Shown: positions 60,508 to 64,000 of the stretch, one piece after another | How positions within the stretch are numbered: the stretch's first letter is position 1 | Layout: every line of letters begins with the position of its first letter | Assembly: GCA_947304585.1 (NCBI GenBank) | Contig: CAMZBI010000003.1 | Location: 34,811-98,810 of the forward strand | Source: an uncultured Clostridia bacterium | GTDB lineage: Bacteria; Bacillota; Clostridia; UBA1212 | Length of the DNA stretch: 64,000 nt | Direction: 5' to 3' | Notes under the pieces: model-generated | Databases searched by the model: none | What the model was told of the DNA's origin: nothing | What the model saw: the letters and a program-made list of their open reading frames with translations, nothing else | Translations under genes and position numbers: made by a program

Positions 60508-62286
60508 ATGAAAAAAGCCGTAATACCGATTTTTTACGCCTGCGACGATAACTTCGCCAAATACACCGCCGTGTCCATCACCTCTCTGAAGGAACACGCA
60601 ACAGCTGATTTTGAATACGACATCCATATACTTAACGCCGGCCTCTCGCCGGAGACTGTTCAAATGTTCAGAAACCTGGAGTCTTCCGAGATCAGGCTGA
60701 TCTTTGTTGACGTGTCTGACTACCTGCTGAACGTTTCCGAAAAACTGCCCCTCAGGGACTATTATTCCCGGACCACGTATTACAGGATGTTCATTGCCGA
60801 GATGTTCCCGGAGCTTACAAAGGCCATATACATCGACAGCGACACGGTGATTTTGAGGGACGTTTCGGATCTTTACTATACGGACATTGGCGACTGCTTC
60901 GTCGGCGCCTGCCACGAACAGGTAATGGTGCAGATCGACACCTTTGGCACGTACGTTGAGAAAGCCCTTGGCCTTTCAAGGTACAGTTTCTTCAACGCCG
61001 GTATCCTTCTCATAAACTGCGAGGAGTTCAGGCTCCATTTCGTCCTCGACAAATTCATATACTACCTCAGACTCTACAATTTTGTGGTCACCCAGGACGA
61101 GGACTACCTGAACGTCATCTGCAAGGACCACGTTTTCTGGCTTAACCAGCGGTGGAACACTCAGACGCTTGATTACATTCCCTTCCCCATTGACGAGGCC
61201 AGGATAATCCACTACTGCCTCTACAACAAGCCCTGGCACTACGCCGACACAAAGCACGGAGACATTTTCTGGAACTACGCCAAAAAGACCGAGGTATATG
61301 ATATACTTAAGCAGGAGCTGGAGTCGTACACCGACGAGCAGAAGGCGAAGGACGTACAGGGTGCAGAGAACCTGTTAAAGCTTGCAGATACAGAAACCCA
61401 CAAGGAGGACAATTTTCTCAATATGGTCAACGAACAGCACAGATCATCCGACAGAGTGGAGATCGTCAGAAAGATTGAAGAATTTGAAAAACGGGGCAAT
61501 TTCTTTGAGGACGTGGAAAATGATCCGCCCTCCAAAGAACTCTTGCCAAACGAGATCGATTACTACAGAAAAGGCATTGTCCAGAAGATACAGACAAAGT
61601 TTGCGTTTATCATCGCCCACAGATACGTTAAAAGTCTGATAGCGGAGAAGAAGTTCATACTGAAGGCGATAAAAGGCATTGAATATTTCAAAAATCTGGA
61701 TTCCGGTGCGGTGATAACATGCAACCACTTCAATGCCGCAGACAGCTTTGCGATCCAGCTGACTTATGAGGCCGCAGACCAGCCCAAGAGGAAGTTTTAC
61801 AGGGTAATCAGAGAAGGAAACTATACCTCGTTCCCAGGCTTTTACGGCTTCCTGATGAGAAACTGCAACACCCTTCCCCTCTCCTCCAACAAGGAGACCA
61901 TGAAGAAATTCATCAGGGCCACTGACCAACTTCTCAAAGAGGGCAACTTCGTACTGATATATCCCGAGCAGGCCATGTGGTGGAACTACAGAAAGCCAAG
62001 GCCCCTTAAGAGAGGTGCATTCGTATTCGCTGCGAGAAACATGGTGCCGGTGCTGCCCTGCTTCATAACAATGAAAGACTCGGACAACATTGACGGCGAC
62101 GGGTTCCACATTCAGGAATACACTGTAAACGTGGCGCCGCCAATATATCCCGACCCGTCGCTTTCCGAAAGGGAAAACACAAAGATGCTGATGGAGAAAA
62201 ACTCCGCCATTTGGAAGGATATTTACGAACTGACCTACGGAATACCGCTCAGCTACACCTGTGATACGGAGAACAGTGAGCAGTGA
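60508..62286 (+). CDS. Fusion: GT8 glycosyltransferase plus C-terminal PlsC-like acyltransferase
   Basis: GT8: YYRMFI, YIDSD, FNAGILL, QDEDYLN, IIHYCLYNKPW. Acyltransferase: CNHFNAAD (HX4D), LIYPEQAMW, VPVLPCF. Confidence 0.87.
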   Translation: MKKAVIPIFYACDDNFAKYTAVSITSLKEHATADFEYDIHILNAGLSPETVQMFRNLESSEIRLIFVDVSDYLLNVSEKLPLRDYYSRTTYYRMFIAEMFPELTKAIYIDSDTVILRDVSDLYYTDIGDCFVGACHEQVMVQIDTFGTYVEKALGLSRYSFFNAGILLINCEEFRLHFVLDKFIYYLRLYNFVVTQDEDYLNVICKDHVFWLNQRWNTQTLDYIPFPIDEARIIHYCLYNKPWHYADTKHGDIFWNYAKKTEVYDILKQELESYTDEQKAKDVQGAENLLKLADTETHKEDNFLNMVNEQHRSSDRVEIVRKIEEFEKRGNFFEDVENDPPSKELLPNEIDYYRKGIVQKIQTKFAFIIAHRYVKSLIAEKKFILKAIKGIEYFKNLDSGAVITCNHFNAADSFAIQLTYEAADQPKRKFYRVIREGNYTSFPGFYGFLMRNCNTLPLSSNKETMKKFIRATDQLLKEGNFVLIYPEQAMWWNYRKPRPLKRGAFVFAARNMVPVLPCFITMKDSDNIDGDGFHIQEYTVNVAPPIYPDPSLSERENTKMLMEKNSAIWKDIYELTYGIPLSYTCDTENSEQ

Positions 62287-62379
62287 AGAGTAATAAGTTA
62301 AGCGTGAACAGTGAAGAGTAATCAGTTAAGAGTGAACAGTGAAGAGTGATTAGTTAACAGTGATTAGTGAAAAGTGATT
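62275..62379 (+). repeat. Heptamer array I (15 units, with a 28-bp higher-order repeat)
   Basis: agtgagc agtgaag agtaata agttaag cgtgaac agtgaag agtaatc agttaag agtgaac agtgaag agtgatt agttaac agtgatt agtgaaa agtgatt. Confidence 0.92.
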
Positions 62380-62388
62380 AAAGAAAAG

Positions 62389-62433
62389 ACCCGGGCTTTC
62401 AGAATTTTAGATCTGACGCCCGGGTGATTTTTT
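62389..62433. terminator. Probable bidirectional terminator
   Basis: ACCCGGGC/GCCCGGGT stem, A-rich left flank and T-run on the right. Confidence 0.65.
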
Positions 62434-62449
62434 ATATGTCTATATTATG

Positions 62450-63649
62450 TTAAGGAAGCTTTATGACCATGTCTGACCTAGGGAAAGTGCAGCAGGGGTG
62501 GATATACCCGTAAACAGCGTCCGCCGCCCTTCTGCCATCTCTGTTTCCGGGCATGTAGTAATCTCCTTCCGAAACTTTGGTGTGGCAGTAACCGCAGATA
62601 CCGCTCATGCATTTGGTGCGTGTCCTTATACCGTTTCTTTCCATAGCCTTGAGCAGAGTCTCGTCCCCGCCGCAGGTGATCTCAGTTAAAGCTCTGTGAT
62701 CGTCAACGGTGATCTTATAACTCTCGCAGGAAGCAGGAATATAGTCACCGAGTTTCTTTGGCCGAAGAGGCTCGCCCCGGTAATCGAATCTAATAAATTT
62801 CTTCCTCAGACCAAGCTTTTTCAGTTCGACCTCAAGGAAATCATACATTGCCTCGGGACCGCAGGCAAATACCGAATAATCACCTTCCGGAGCATATTTC
62901 TTTATAAGTTCTGCGGTAACGAAGCCCTTTTCAAAGCCATCGGGCACGTCGCCCTCTCCCGACATAACGTATACAACTCTTATCTTGGGATTTGAGCAGG
63001 CCCTGTCAAATTCGTCTTTCAGCACTATATCAGAGGGATTGTCGATTCCGTAAAACAGTATCAGGTCAAAGTTCTCAGCACCGTCCGAGATCGCCTTGAT
63101 AAAGGATCTGAAAGGAGTAATGCCAACACCACCCGCTATTCCCACAACTGTTTTTGCGTCTCTCAGCGGTTCATAAGTGAGTTCGCCAAAGGGCTCCGAG
63201 ATAACAAAACCGTCGCCGGCATTGACGTTGTCGTTAAGAAAATTTGAGACGATTCCGCCGTTGGCGCTTTTTACGATGATCTCGTAATACCCCTCAAGGG
63301 GCGAAGAGGATATTGAATAAGGCCTGTGATAAGTTCTGCCGTCAATTGAAACCTCAACTGAAATACAGGAGCCTGCGGCAAAGGGAGCAAGCCTTTCGGT
63401 GCCTCTGTCCTTGTCGGGGACAAGCTTTATAAGCTTGGCGGATCCTGTAACAGCGGTAATTTCCGATACTTTGACGAACTGCCTTTCCGGGTGTATAACA
63501 GAGGCTATGGCATTGGGCCTGTAGCCCGAAAGAGGCTTTACGTCAACGCTTTCCGCCGAATCGATCTTCTTTTTGCGGTTGGAGACGATCTTCAGGAAAT
63601 TGGCGGCGTTAAGCTTTATCTTTTTAACCTTGGAGGATATCTTTTCCAT
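62450..63649 (-). CDS. FNR-type FAD/NAD(P) oxidoreductase with C-terminal 2Fe-2S ferredoxin (PaaE/Hcr-like)
   Basis: RPYSISS, GGIVSNFL, AGGVGITP, CGPEAM, CMSGICGYCH...C. Confidence 0.87.
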   Translation of the reverse strand: MEKISSKVKKIKLNAANFLKIVSNRKKKIDSAESVDVKPLSGYRPNAIASVIHPERQFVKVSEITAVTGSAKLIKLVPDKDRGTERLAPFAAGSCISVEVSIDGRTYHRPYSISSSPLEGYYEIIVKSANGGIVSNFLNDNVNAGDGFVISEPFGELTYEPLRDAKTVVGIAGGVGITPFRSFIKAISDGAENFDLILFYGIDNPSDIVLKDEFDRACSNPKIRVVYVMSGEGDVPDGFEKGFVTAELIKKYAPEGDYSVFACGPEAMYDFLEVELKKLGLRKKFIRFDYRGEPLRPKKLGDYIPASCESYKITVDDHRALTEITCGGDETLLKAMERNGIRTRTKCMSGICGYCHTKVSEGDYYMPGNRDGRRAADAVYGYIHPCCTFPRSDMVIKLP

Positions 63650-63650
63650 A

Positions 63651-64000
63651 TCAGTTTTCCTCCTTTTTTCTGCGTTTTCCCGAAACGGTGTTCTTTACGG
63701 TTTGCTTTATGTCTTCGATTAGCTCCTGCTTTTTAAGCCTTGAGATCACTTTCTCGGCAGCCTCAATACCGGAAAGATAGGTGACTCCGTAGCCGTCTCC
63801 CGAAGCGCCGTGGCCGCCGCAGAAAGTGAGCCTGTCGTAGGAGAATCTGTTGATCTTGTCAAGCATCCTGGCCATAAGACCGTCCCAACGGGAAAGCTCG
63901 TAGCCGTAGGCAGTGCCGTCGGGAGCCGCAAAATACCTTGCAAAGGTGACGGGAGTTGCAACGGAGATCTCTTCGATATGGTCTAAAACGTTTATTCCCA
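63651..64000 (-). CDS. C-terminal fragment of a phytoene desaturase (CrtI)-like FAD oxidoreductase; start lies outside the window
   Basis: Manual frame: HIEEISVATPVTFARYFAAPDGTAYGY...LTFCGGHGASGDGYGVTYLSGIEAA. Confidence 0.7.
   Translation of the reverse strand, partial: GINVLDHIEEISVATPVTFARYFAAPDGTAYGYELSRWDGLMARMLDKINRFSYDRLTFCGGHGASGDGYGVTYLSGIEAAEKVISRLKKQELIEDIKQTVKNTVSGKRRKKEEN

Overview
Gene-dense chromosomal segment of an anaerobic Bacillota (Clostridia-like) bacterium; taxonomy is inferred from gene content and is uncertain. Most of it is housekeeping: PBP1A (partial), an M23 peptidase, trpS, citrate synthase, glyA, rarA, tyrS, an OGG glycosylase, dnaG-rpoD, nrnA-surE-metA, ruvCAB, an ECF transporter core, two tRNAs, argS, leuS, recO and era. 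Non-routine observations: (1) a dispersed family of degenerate 7-bp-period arrays (AGT-N4) that start at or just after stop codons, often occur as inward-facing inverted pairs, and in one case flank a four-helix-bundle (Avd/IVS-like) gene; (2) an in-frame fusion of a UDP-sugar pyrophosphorylase with isocitrate dehydrogenase; (3) a 7.3-kb integrase-less island at tRNA-Arg(CCT), bounded by a 19/21 direct repeat, carrying a complete PTS plus an amylosucrase and a HAD phosphatase; (4) an XRE-HTH/sigma-region-4 chimera paired with an anti-sigma-like vWA membrane protein; (5) an acyltransferase/GT8/GT8-acyltransferase cassette; (6) two apparent pseudo-enzymes (a D,D-carboxypeptidase and an M50 protease) lying on either side of the four-helix-bundle gene. 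All calls come from reading motifs by eye; no database searches were run.
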